Source of the DNA: Candidatus Woesebacteria bacterium
GTDB lineage: Bacteria; Patescibacteriota; Microgenomatia; UBA8517
Direction of reading: 5' to 3'
Length of the DNA: 64,000 bases
Assembly (NCBI GenBank): GCA_016700095.1
Contig: CP065002.1
Location: forward strand, 560,463 to 624,462
How positions within the stretch are numbered: position 1 is the stretch's first letter; the number at the start of each line of letters is the position of its first letter. The notes beneath the pieces were generated by a model. That model worked only from the letters and a program-made list of their open reading frames with translations, ran no database searches and was not told the DNA's origin. The position numbers and the translations under genes are program-made. Of this stretch, positions 32,679 through 41,277 are shown piece by piece.

Positions 32679-33203
32679 ATGACTGTCCAAAATTTAAAGA
32701 AAAATTTTAGAGATTTGCGTTCCGGTTTTACCCTCATCGAGCTTTTAATCGTTATTGCCATTCTCGGTGTGCTGGCTGTAGTTGTACTTGTAGCTATTAA
32801 TCCTGTACAGCAATTAGCAAGAACCAGAGACGCAGGAAGGATTTCGACTGTCGCACAGTTGGGTCATGCTTCTGAAGCTTATTACACAGCACAAGGAGCG
32901 GTTTATCCGCAAACCTTAGCAGCTCTTGCATCAACCGGAGAATTGAATCAAGTTCCTGGTATGGTTGATAATTCGTTGACAACCGAATGTACCGGACATA
33001 CTGATGGTTGGTGTGTAGATGTCGACGCTGATCCTGCAACCGAAATTGCAATTTGGTCGGCATTAGAAGCCCAGACGAATATTAGTTTGTGTGGTGTATC
33101 AGCTACTGCGGCTTATGCTGCTTATCTGTCAAGTGCAGGTAGGACTTGTATCGTGTGTGATGAGCCAACTAGTGCCACAACTGATACAGATTGTGTTAAC
33201 TAA
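32679..33203 (+). CDS. Type IV major pilin 1 (prepilin with N-terminal cleavage/methylation motif)
   Basis: Leader MTVQNLKKNFRDLRSG then FTLIELLIVIAILGVLAVVVLVAINP. RBS-like aaaggggg upstream. Confidence 0.8.
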   Translation: MTVQNLKKNFRDLRSGFTLIELLIVIAILGVLAVVVLVAINPVQQLARTRDAGRISTVAQLGHASEAYYTAQGAVYPQTLAALASTGELNQVPGMVDNSLTTECTGHTDGWCVDVDADPATEIAIWSALEAQTNISLCGVSATAAYAAYLSSAGRTCIVCDEPTSATTDTDCVN

Positions 33204-33206
33204 TCT

Positions 33207-33247
33207 CGTAAAAAAGAGGCATTGTGAAATATATGCCTCTTTTTTGT
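33207..33247 (+). terminator. Rho-independent terminator after pilin 1
   Basis: aaaaagaggcat-tgtgaaatat-atgcctc followed by ttttttg. Confidence 0.6.
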
Positions 33248-33391
33248 GGGAAATCGATCCAGTGATTGGACTTGTTAAACTAATTTCGCAATATTTATAC
33301 TCTGGATTCCCCGACTTACACATTGTTATCCTTGACCTGCCTCGCCCATCGTAGCTAATTGGCGAAGGTGGAATCAAATCTTATATTTATC

Positions 33392-33767
33392 TGTCATCCC
33401 GCACTTGATGCGGGATCCAATATTCTCTTCTGGATTCCCGCTTTCGCGGGAATGACAATTCACCTTACTGTCATCCCACACTCCCGCCTACAACGCTTTG
33501 TGTAGCAACGCGGGCAGGTGATACGGGATCCAGTCCACATTCTTTCTGGATTCCCGCGTGCGCGGGAATGACAAAGAGGGACTGCAGGAATGACAAAAAA
33601 CGGGAATAACAAAAGCGCGCGGGAATGACAATTCACCTTACTGTCATCCCGCACTTGATGCGGGATCCAATATTTCTTTCCTGGATTCCCTTTTCCTCCT
33701 TCGCTGAAAGCTACGGAAGGACACGGCAAGGGAATGACAAAGAGGGACTGCGGGAATGATAATGATT
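33392..33767. repeat. GC-rich cluster of nested hairpin repeats with TGTCATCCC...GGGAATGACA ends and ATTCCC-N8-GGGAAT inner hairpins (dRS3-like)
   Basis: Three composite units at 33392-33457, 33469-33573 and 33642-33739. Units 1 and 3 begin with the same 30-odd bases. Repeated stems are atcccgca/tgcgggat, attcccgc/gcgggaat and tgtcat/atgaca. The cluster is visibly GC-richer than its flanks. Confidence 0.75.
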
Positions 33768-33843
33768 TAGATGCGAGAACACTAATGAAACGCGTATTGT
33801 TCTTGCATATTACTAACCAAATACAGTAAATTAAAGTATTAGC

Positions 33844-34362
33844 ATGAAAAGAAACCTCGGATTTACACTCATTGAACTACTGATTGTTATCGCCATTCTT
33901 GGAGTAATGGCTGTTGTAATGCTTGTTGTGATTAACCCAGTTGAGCGCTTGGCGCAAAGTAGAGACGCAGGAAGAATTTCTACAATTACACAATTAGGTC
34001 ATGCTGGAGCCGCTTACTATACCGACAAAGCAAGTTATCCAACAGAAGCAAACTGGGCGCAGGAGTTAATTGATGCAGGAACCCTGAAATCTTTTCCTGC
34101 AGGAGTTGCCTATACTGCAAATGATGTTGTTCATTGCGCATCTCAAGAACAACCTGTATTTAATCCTACATTTTGTTATGAAACCGATGCCTTGCTCGAC
34201 CCGATTATGTTTGCCCGCGCTGAGGCGGATATTCACAATCTTAAGTGTACAGTCGGTGGAGCCTACTTTGTCTATTCATTTGAAGATGGACGAGCTGGTA
34301 CAGTTTGTTCAGTCGATGACCCTGATCCATGGGCTGCGGGAACGCAGACGTATGTGGAGTAG
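33844..34362 (+). CDS. Type IV major pilin 2, paralog of pilin 1
   Basis: MKRNLG then FTLIELLIVIAILGVMAVVMLVVINPVERLAQSRDAGRIST. The first ~50 mature residues are near-identical to pilin 1; the C-terminal domain is divergent. Confidence 0.8.
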   Translation: MKRNLGFTLIELLIVIAILGVMAVVMLVVINPVERLAQSRDAGRISTITQLGHAGAAYYTDKASYPTEANWAQELIDAGTLKSFPAGVAYTANDVVHCASQEQPVFNPTFCYETDALLDPIMFARAEADIHNLKCTVGGAYFVYSFEDGRAGTVCSVDDPDPWAAGTQTYVE

Positions 34363-34487
34363 CCACCAGCCAACAAACAACAAACAACGGCTAATAAATA
34401 ACCGCATTAAAATTACAAATAGTCCGATATTTTCTTTTCACTATTCAATATTTGATATTAAGTATTTGATATTCAATATTCAAATCC

Positions 34488-34531
34488 CCAACTACCAACT
34501 ACTTGCTACTTACTACATGCTACCTGCTACC
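34488..34531. repeat. Inverted copy of the heptamer array (CTACMTG)n
   Basis: ccaactaccaactacttgctacttactacatgctacctgctacc, the reverse complement of the 32.4 kb array motif. Confidence 0.75.
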
Positions 34532-34652
34532 TAAAACTAAATACGTAAGACAGAAATTTATTACAATAATTATAAATTACTCTAATTCATCTAATTGCAA
34601 ATTGGAAATCAATTAGAAATTATAAATTAGGTCAATTAGTGAATTTAAATTC

Positions 34653-34740
34653 CCATCTACCAACTACTTACTACCTGCTACATGCTACCTGCTACCTGCT
34701 ACATGCTATCTACCAACTATCATCTACTATCTACCCACAC
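34653..34740. repeat. Second inverted heptamer array, about 12 units of (CTACMTG)n
   Basis: It contains ctacctgctacatgctatc, the exact reverse complement of gatagcatgtagcaggtag at 32436-32454. Confidence 0.8.
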
Positions 34741-34787
34741 ATCAGTATTATCTTGTAATACCCCCAAATATTAAGTAGTCTTAAGGT

Positions 34788-35609
34788 ATGGAGGCAATTT
34801 ATCTTCTTTTAATTATAGTCAGCGGTTTCGTGATGGGATCGTTTATTACGGCGTATTCATATCGCGCACCAAGAAAAAAAAGCATTGCAAAGGGTAGGTC
34901 GTTTTGTGATAGCTGTGGGAAAAAGATAAGTTGGTATGACAACATTCCCCTATTTTCCTATATCTTGCTTAATTCCAAAAGCCGTTGCTGTAATAAAAAA
35001 ATCGGACGCAGGTATCCCTCGATTGAAATCTCGACGGCGGCAATTTTTTCTCTTATGTATTTTGCTTACAAAAATTGTTCCTTTGCAGGTAATTTCCCCG
35101 TTTTACCTAGTACCGTTTGTTCGATGCGTGAATCATTTGGAATCGGTGCGCTATTTCTTTTACTATTTGCGGTAGTGATTTTAATAAGTATTTTTGTTAT
35201 CGATTTTGAAAACCAGATAATTCCCGATGAACCCGTTTTCTTACTTTTTACGGTAGCATTTTTGGTGTTTGTTTTAGGAACGTCCCCCCTGCTGTATCAA
35301 AATTTACTGGTGGCTTTTGCGGTTGCGGCGTTTTTCCTATTACTGAATTTGATCACTTTGGGACGCGGGATGGGTTTGGGAGACGTAAAACTTTCTCTCG
35401 TCCTTTCATTTATTCTCGGTTGGCCAAACAGTTTTGTCTTTCTTTTTGCAAGCTTTGTTACAGGTTCAATTGTCGGAGTATTTCTAATTTTAACCGGAAA
35501 AGCAAAATTCGGTAAACATATCCCCTTTGGACCTTTTTTGGTTTTTTCATTTTTTATGGTACTAATCTTTGGCCCGCTATTTGTATTTCCAATGTTACCG
35601 TATTATTAA
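34788..35609 (+). CDS. pilD: Prepilin peptidase (A24 family) PilD
   Basis: N-terminal Zn-binding CDSCGKK...CCNKK, the Asp-containing TM core, and a ggagg RBS. Confidence 0.85.
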   Translation: MEAIYLLLIIVSGFVMGSFITAYSYRAPRKKSIAKGRSFCDSCGKKISWYDNIPLFSYILLNSKSRCCNKKIGRRYPSIEISTAAIFSLMYFAYKNCSFAGNFPVLPSTVCSMRESFGIGALFLLLFAVVILISIFVIDFENQIIPDEPVFLLFTVAFLVFVLGTSPLLYQNLLVAFAVAAFFLLLNLITLGRGMGLGDVKLSLVLSFILGWPNSFVFLFASFVTGSIVGVFLILTGKAKFGKHIPFGPFLVFSFFMVLIFGPLFVFPMLPYY

Positions 35610-35659
35610 TTACCCCCAAGACCCTAACATAATATCTTTAGTCTGATACAATTATTACA

Positions 35660-36265
35660 ATGAAACCGTTTTCAAGGCAAGAAGGTGTCGTGGTTACAAT
35701 TATTTTGGCATTAATACTTACGGCATCTTTATATAATTTTAGAATTTCACTGCGACGGACCAGGGATTCACAAAGAAGGTCGGACACCAATAGCGTTGTC
35801 AGCGCACTCACCTATTACAAGGATGAGACCGGAAGGGCTCCTTTGTCGACTGCGGATGGAAGAATAATTGCCTGTGAACCGGAAAATCACGCAGAGCTTG
35901 CCGAGAAACTAATTAATCGAGAAATAAATACCTATGAGTATTTAGAGGGACTTGTACCATGTACATGGGGAAATGACAAGATTGTGGATTTAATTAGCGG
36001 TAAAGTGTATATGGAGGTACTACCCATGGATCCAAAAGGCAATGAGGATTTATCATATAAATACATATCAAACGGGAGAATATTCCAGCTTTATTCGTAC
36101 ATGGAGGGTGGAAAAGATGAAGAAGCATTTAGTGAAGCAATTGTTGCCAGAAACCTACTGTGCGGAGTAAGTATTTGCAATCAGGGAAAAGCTTATGAAA
36201 AAACTGCACTTGATAAATCATTGGAAGAATATGAAAATGAATTAACAATTAAAAATGCGAAATAA
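35660..36265 (+). CDS. Pilin-like hypothetical (N-terminal hydrophobic helix, non-canonical cleavage motif)
   Basis: MKPFSRQEGVVVTIILALILTASLYNF. It sits inside the minor-pilin block. Confidence 0.4.
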   Translation: MKPFSRQEGVVVTIILALILTASLYNFRISLRRTRDSQRRSDTNSVVSALTYYKDETGRAPLSTADGRIIACEPENHAELAEKLINREINTYEYLEGLVPCTWGNDKIVDLISGKVYMEVLPMDPKGNEDLSYKYISNGRIFQLYSYMEGGKDEEAFSEAIVARNLLCGVSICNQGKAYEKTALDKSLEEYENELTIKNAK

Positions 36266-36701
36266 ATCTGCCTTTACACTTATTGAATTACTTATTGTGA
36301 TGGCTGTTTTGGGACTTCTGACTGCCATGGTTATGCTTACGTACCCCACGTCACAAGAAAAAGCGCGCGATACGAGACGCAAAAGCGACATTAAACAGTA
36401 TCAAACGGCGATGGAGGTGTACGCAACCAGGCATAATAATTTGTTTGCCACTAGCAGTAATGCAGTTGCAAATGCGACGACCTTGTGCGCTACTTTTAAC
36501 TTAACCAGTTGCCCTGACGATCCGCGATTAATCGGCTCTCAACCCAACTATAAATATGCATCGACGGCAAACACTTACGTTTTCTGGGCGCAGTTGGAAC
36601 GGCCCAATACAGCTAATTTAACTCAATGGTTTGTGGTTTGTTCAAACGGAAAAGCGGGTGATTCCACTACTCAACCAAGTAACGCAACATGCCCAATATA
36701 A
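36255..36701 (+). CDS. Type IV minor pilin
   Basis: MRNKSA then FTLIELLIVMAVLGLLTAMV, a prepilin motif. Confidence 0.7.
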   Translation: MRNKSAFTLIELLIVMAVLGLLTAMVMLTYPTSQEKARDTRRKSDIKQYQTAMEVYATRHNNLFATSSNAVANATTLCATFNLTSCPDDPRLIGSQPNYKYASTANTYVFWAQLERPNTANLTQWFVVCSNGKAGDSTTQPSNATCPI

Positions 36702-37132
36702 CTATGCACAAAAAAACTAATAAGGGTTTTACCCTGGTAGAGCTATTAATAACAATGATGATTGTTGCGATTCTTGCCGCCATTAGTATTTTTGGTTTGC
36801 AAGGTGCACGTGAGTCCGGCAGGGATGCCAAAAGGAAAGCGGATCTGGAGTCGATTAGATCAGCACTTGAAATTTACAGGGCTGATTGTGGAAATTATCC
36901 GGCATCGCTTGGGACGTCGATAACCGGTGCTTGTCCAGGACCAGCAGCAAACACTTATATGCAGGCAGTCCCCACTGACCCACTTGGTGGAGCTTATATT
37001 TACAATAGAATTACACTTACAAGCTATCGGATATGTTCGACTTTAGAGCAAATTCCGGATCCGGCAAACGATGTTTCGGGTTGTTCGGGATGTAGCGGTG
37101 GAGATTGTCGCTATAGAGTGTTAAATCCATGA
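36689..37132 (+). CDS. Type IV minor pilin
   Basis: NKG then FTLVELLITMMIVAILAAISI. Confidence 0.7.
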   Translation: MPNITMHKKTNKGFTLVELLITMMIVAILAAISIFGLQGARESGRDAKRKADLESIRSALEIYRADCGNYPASLGTSITGACPGPAANTYMQAVPTDPLGGAYIYNRITLTSYRICSTLEQIPDPANDVSGCSGCSGGDCRYRVLNP

Positions 37133-37668
37133 TGTACTTCGATTTGCGTTTAAACATGAGACGCCCAATAAATATCCAAACACGACAACGAGGTTTTACT
37201 TTCATTGAACTTCTGATAGGTCTGGTGATTATGGGAATACTCTTTATGGTGGGATTTGCCAATTATCGTGGGTTTGCAAGTAGACAAAACATCGAAGCTG
37301 TTGTGAGAGAAATGAAAGGAGACCTGAGATTAGCGCAGCAAATGGCGACAAGTGGGGTCAAGTCGAGTGATCCGGCCAGTTCGTGTCATGCTATCGATAA
37401 GGAATTGCAAGGATATGTTGTGAGAGGAACAAGCGCAACATCTTACGCAGTTTACGCAAACTGCGACGGAGAAAATCTTGTCAAGGAAGTCAATCTTTCC
37501 GAAAAATATCCCAATATAACGCTTTCAGATTTCGAATTTACTTTCTTACCGCTTGCCGGAGGGATAACCTGGTCGGGACCGGATAGGATAGATATTGACG
37601 AAGTTGTTGGTGGTGCAAGTATTGAATCGCGACAAATTATAGTGACCGCAGCCGGCCAAATCAATTAA
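37129..37668 (+). CDS. Pseudopilin (GspH/FimT-like)
   Basis: QRG then FTFIELLIGLVIMGILFMVG. The start is possibly the Met at 37156. Confidence 0.6.
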   Translation: MMYFDLRLNMRRPINIQTRQRGFTFIELLIGLVIMGILFMVGFANYRGFASRQNIEAVVREMKGDLRLAQQMATSGVKSSDPASSCHAIDKELQGYVVRGTSATSYAVYANCDGENLVKEVNLSEKYPNITLSDFEFTFLPLAGGITWSGPDRIDIDEVVGGASIESRQIIVTAAGQIN

Positions 37669-38097
37669 ATGAAAAATCATAAAGGACAATCGCTTTTTGA
37701 AATAGTAATTACGGTTGGTATTTCTGCTTTGATTATTGTTGGTGTTGTGTCATTGGCGAATAAAACGCTAGGTAATACCAATGCTGCCCGTGACCGTTCA
37801 CTTGCTGCTAGATATGTCCAGGAAATGACGGAATGTCTAAGGAAACAAAGGGATGCAAATTGGGATACATTTATCGCAAATGGGGCGACCAGCTGTGTGT
37901 CAAACGTTGCAACTCAATCCCACTTTACAGGTAAAACAATTTTACTGAATTGTTTTGACAAGGATGAAAACGCGGTTTTATGCAGTTTGCCTACTGCCGT
38001 ACAGGCCGAGGCTGATGTGGCAATTGGCTGGGATGATGGATCGGGATCACATGTTGTGCGCACCATTACTCGATTTACGGATTGGAGACGGCAATAA
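37669..38097 (+). CDS. Type IV minor pilin (PilV-like)
   Basis: MKNHKG then QSLFEIVITVGISALIIVGVV, G-x4-E. Confidence 0.55.
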   Translation: MKNHKGQSLFEIVITVGISALIIVGVVSLANKTLGNTNAARDRSLAARYVQEMTECLRKQRDANWDTFIANGATSCVSNVATQSHFTGKTILLNCFDKDENAVLCSLPTAVQAEADVAIGWDDGSGSHVVRTITRFTDWRRQ

Positions 38098-38112
38098 ATT
38101 CAAAGTTAAATC

Positions 38113-38631
38113 ATGCTAAAAAATCAAACAATAACCCCAACCAAAATTAAAGGTTTTTCTTTGGTAGAACTTTTGATTGTTGTTACGATATTTGCGATCT
38201 TGTCGGTTGTCGGTACACAAATTGTTACTGTTAGTCTAAGAAGTACAACCAAAAGTGAGGAGATGTCTACCGTACGTGAAGATGTCGATTTTGTTTTGAA
38301 TGTGATCAACAGACAGTTAAGAAACGCCAAAAGTATCGACTGTACCGCTTCAAATCCGATTCAATTATCTTACACCAACGCAGACGGCAATCCGGCTACT
38401 ATTGCTTGCGTTAATAGTACAAATGGTGAAATTCGACTAGATGGTACCAGGATAAATTCTGCAAATACGCTTATTAATTGCAACTTCCCAACCGTACCCG
38501 CGATATTTATTTGTACACCGTCAATTGGAACAAATCCTCCGGCTGTCCAAGTTGCTTTGACGGCGAGAAATTCTGCCAACAGCACATCCGTTGTTTCGAG
38601 TGTTGTTAACATTGTTTTAAGGTCTTATTAA
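38113..38631 (+). CDS. Type IV minor pilin (PilW/GspJ-like)
   Basis: KIKG then FSLVELLIVVTIFAILSVVG. Confidence 0.6.
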   Translation: MLKNQTITPTKIKGFSLVELLIVVTIFAILSVVGTQIVTVSLRSTTKSEEMSTVREDVDFVLNVINRQLRNAKSIDCTASNPIQLSYTNADGNPATIACVNSTNGEIRLDGTRINSANTLINCNFPTVPAIFICTPSIGTNPPAVQVALTARNSANSTSVVSSVVNIVLRSY

Positions 38632-38750
38632 TTATTTTTATCTAATCTATCAAGAATTAAAACCTTCATATTTAAGTATAAACAGTGTGTAGTTATTGCT
38701 CTTACATAAATGCTTTATAGGTTGCAATTTACGAAAGTTTAGTTATAAAC

Positions 38751-39725
38751 TTGAAGTGTATGAAAAACCTGTCCAAGTTCTTTAAACACCGTGTATCTTG
38801 TATGCAGGGAGGGTTTGGACGACAAAAATACAGCAATACTTCTGGGCAGGCATTACTCATAATTCTGCTTATTTTAGCCGGTACTTTGACGATAGTGCTT
38901 TCAACTGCATCCAAAAGTGTAACTGATATCCAAACAACCGGGTTAGAAGAAGATTCAGTGAGAGCCTTTAATGCAGCCGAACTTGGTGTAGAGCAGGCAC
39001 TACTGAAACAAGGGATTGCCACGGGGACGCTTGCTAACCAGGCAAATTACAATGTAAACATCGAAAATTCTGAGGCGGGGTCTTCTTATATTTACCCTGA
39101 TAGTCTTATGTCGGGAGAGGTGGCAACTTTTTGGTTTGTTTCGCAAGCCGAAGATGGTGATTTAATTTGCGATGGAGATCATCCGTGCACGAAGACTAAT
39201 AACATACGATTTTGTTTCGGTGACGATAATGTCACATACGCTAGTAATCCGGCAATTGAAGTGACGATATACTATGATAGCAATGCTGGTGATCCATTAG
39301 CTAAAGGAGTAAATACAGGAGACTTTTCAGGCGTTAAAACTGCAAGATATGCATTTGATTCTTTGAATGCGAGAACAACCAATAATAATTTTACAGCTGC
39401 CACACAACCCTGCAACGTAAGTGGATTAAGTGAATTAAGATATCGAATACCACAAATAATGGCAAACGATCAAGTAACATGCAACCCTGCGGCAAACGAG
39501 GGCTGTTTACTTATGGCAACTGTTAGATCGCTTTACAATACCCAACCCAACAAAGTTGGACTGAATGTGGTAGGGGCTAGCACTTTACCTGCTCAAGGTG
39601 TTACGATTAACTCAACGGGGGTTTCAGGTGAAGCATCACGAAAGATAAACGTACAGCAAACATATGGTGAAGTTCCCGGAATTTTTGACACAGCTATTTA
39701 TAGTAAAAGTGATATAAGCAAATAA
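38751..39725 (+). CDS. PilX-N-like pilus tip/assembly protein
   Basis: SGQALLIILLILAGTLTIVL hydrophobic N-terminus, then a large extracellular domain. The start may be the Met at 38802. Confidence 0.5.
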   Translation: MKCMKNLSKFFKHRVSCMQGGFGRQKYSNTSGQALLIILLILAGTLTIVLSTASKSVTDIQTTGLEEDSVRAFNAAELGVEQALLKQGIATGTLANQANYNVNIENSEAGSSYIYPDSLMSGEVATFWFVSQAEDGDLICDGDHPCTKTNNIRFCFGDDNVTYASNPAIEVTIYYDSNAGDPLAKGVNTGDFSGVKTARYAFDSLNARTTNNNFTAATQPCNVSGLSELRYRIPQIMANDQVTCNPAANEGCLLMATVRSLYNTQPNKVGLNVVGASTLPAQGVTINSTGVSGEASRKINVQQTYGEVPGIFDTAIYSKSDISK

Positions 39726-40735
39726 TGAGCGTCGGACTAGACATAGGAAGTAAAACATTAAAGATAGTAGAGCTATCAAAGGATGGATCTAAATTTAAAC
39801 TTAGGGCATCCGGAATAGTCGGTTATATGGGAGAAACCATCGAACACATGAAATCCGACAAGGAGCTTCAGGTACTTGGTGCTGCGATTAAAAAATTACA
39901 TAAAGAAGCTAAAATTTCTACAAAGGAAGTCGCCATAGCCCTTCCCGAGCCGCAGGTTTATATGAGAACGGTAAGATTTCCCCTTCTTACTGATTCCGAA
40001 ATCGCTTCTGCTGTCAAATGGGAAGCGGAACAATATATCCCAATACCCAAAGAGGAAGCAATAATTCAGCATATGGTAATTGAGAGAAACGAGAATACGT
40101 CGCCACCGAGTACGATTGTTCTTCTTGTTGCCGCACCGAAAGCATTGGTTGTGAAATATGCCAAGGTTGTTGAATCCGCAGGTTTAAAACTTGTTTTTGT
40201 TGAAACGGAGTTGATGTCTTTGGTGAGAGCTTTAACGACGGATACGAGGACGATCATGCTTGTTGATTTTGGGGCGCGGTCGACGGATATTGCGATCGCA
40301 AAAAACTATCAACTTATATTTTCTAGATCAATTCCCACTGCGGGTGAAGCATTCACGAGGGCTGTGTCGCAAAGCCTCGGAGTTGAAGCAAAACAGGCGG
40401 AAGAATACAAAAGAGCTTATGGATTGTCAAATAATCAATTGGAAGGAAAAATCAGAAACGCGCTTGATCCGATTTTTAGAACCGTTGCAGACGAGATGAA
40501 AAAAGCTATTCAATTTTACAAAACCGATGCCAAGGGTGAATCGCCACAAAGTGTAATGCTCTCCGGTGGTACTGCCGGTATGCCCGAGGTTGCGTCTTAC
40601 TTTACAAAGATTCTCGGTATTGAAGTTGTGGTGGGTAATCCATTTTTGAAAGTAAATGTTGATCCCAATGCGGCTAAATCGCTTTCGGGTTATGCACCAC
40701 TTTATGCAGTAGCCACGGGTTTGGCAATGCGATAA
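39725..40735 (+). CDS. pilM: Type IV pilus assembly protein PilM (actin-like ATPase fold)
   Basis: MSVGLDIGSKTLKIVEL... with FtsA/PilM-type phosphate motifs. Confidence 0.8.
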   Translation: MSVGLDIGSKTLKIVELSKDGSKFKLRASGIVGYMGETIEHMKSDKELQVLGAAIKKLHKEAKISTKEVAIALPEPQVYMRTVRFPLLTDSEIASAVKWEAEQYIPIPKEEAIIQHMVIERNENTSPPSTIVLLVAAPKALVVKYAKVVESAGLKLVFVETELMSLVRALTTDTRTIMLVDFGARSTDIAIAKNYQLIFSRSIPTAGEAFTRAVSQSLGVEAKQAEEYKRAYGLSNNQLEGKIRNALDPIFRTVADEMKKAIQFYKTDAKGESPQSVMLSGGTAGMPEVASYFTKILGIEVVVGNPFLKVNVDPNAAKSLSGYAPLYAVATGLAMR

Positions 40736-40745
40736 TTAATACCTT

Positions 40746-41273
40746 ATGGCAAATATAAATTTACTACCCACCGATTTAGGTCCAGATCCGCAGGTTGCGA
40801 AAGTCTCGGAAAAACTGGTGCGTTTTGTCACATTTCTCACTGCTTGTCTAGTCATCCTTATCATTGTTTCGATTGCGTCGTTTGAGCTAATTACCCGAAA
40901 GATTAATGAAACCAACACCAATAAGGAAAATTTAAAAGCATCAATATCTTCTCTGGAAACAACTGAGCAAAAACTTATCTTAATTAAAGACCGGATTGAC
41001 AAATCGTCAACGGTGATCTCCGAAGAAACCGCCAGCAAGCAGATAGAAGAAATTGAAGGATTAATAACGTCGGTACCTTCCGGAGTTACGATTGTCCAAT
41101 CCGAAGTTTTTCCTCAACGTACCGAGATTGTTTTTAGCGTACCCGAGTCAAAAACCGTCGGAGAGTTGGTTCAATTGATTGAATCAACGGGACGCTTCAG
41201 AATCGTTCAACTTAAATCGATAGAATTTAGCAATAAAGATGCTTATAAATTGGGTTTTGTGTTAATCAATTAA
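40746..41273 (+). CDS. pilN: PilN-like bitopic protein
   Basis: N-terminal INLLP motif, a single TM helix and a coiled coil. Confidence 0.6.
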   Translation: MANINLLPTDLGPDPQVAKVSEKLVRFVTFLTACLVILIIVSIASFELITRKINETNTNKENLKASISSLETTEQKLILIKDRIDKSSTVISEETASKQIEEIEGLITSVPSGVTIVQSEVFPQRTEIVFSVPESKTVGELVQLIESTGRFRIVQLKSIEFSNKDAYKLGFVLIN

Positions 41274-41277
41274 TTAT

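Noticed and set aside
33392-33767. GC-rich repeat island as a chimeric or contaminant assembly join
   Set aside because: It is short, and both flanks are native AT-rich pilin paralogs in the same orientation with a normal terminator and RBS. A mis-join cannot be excluded without reads, but the structure looks biological (repeated units, intact hairpins).
32400-34760. CRISPR array
   Set aside because: The heptamer arrays are 7-nt microsatellites with no spacers. The GC-rich units are nested palindromes of unequal length with no regular repeat-spacer periodicity.
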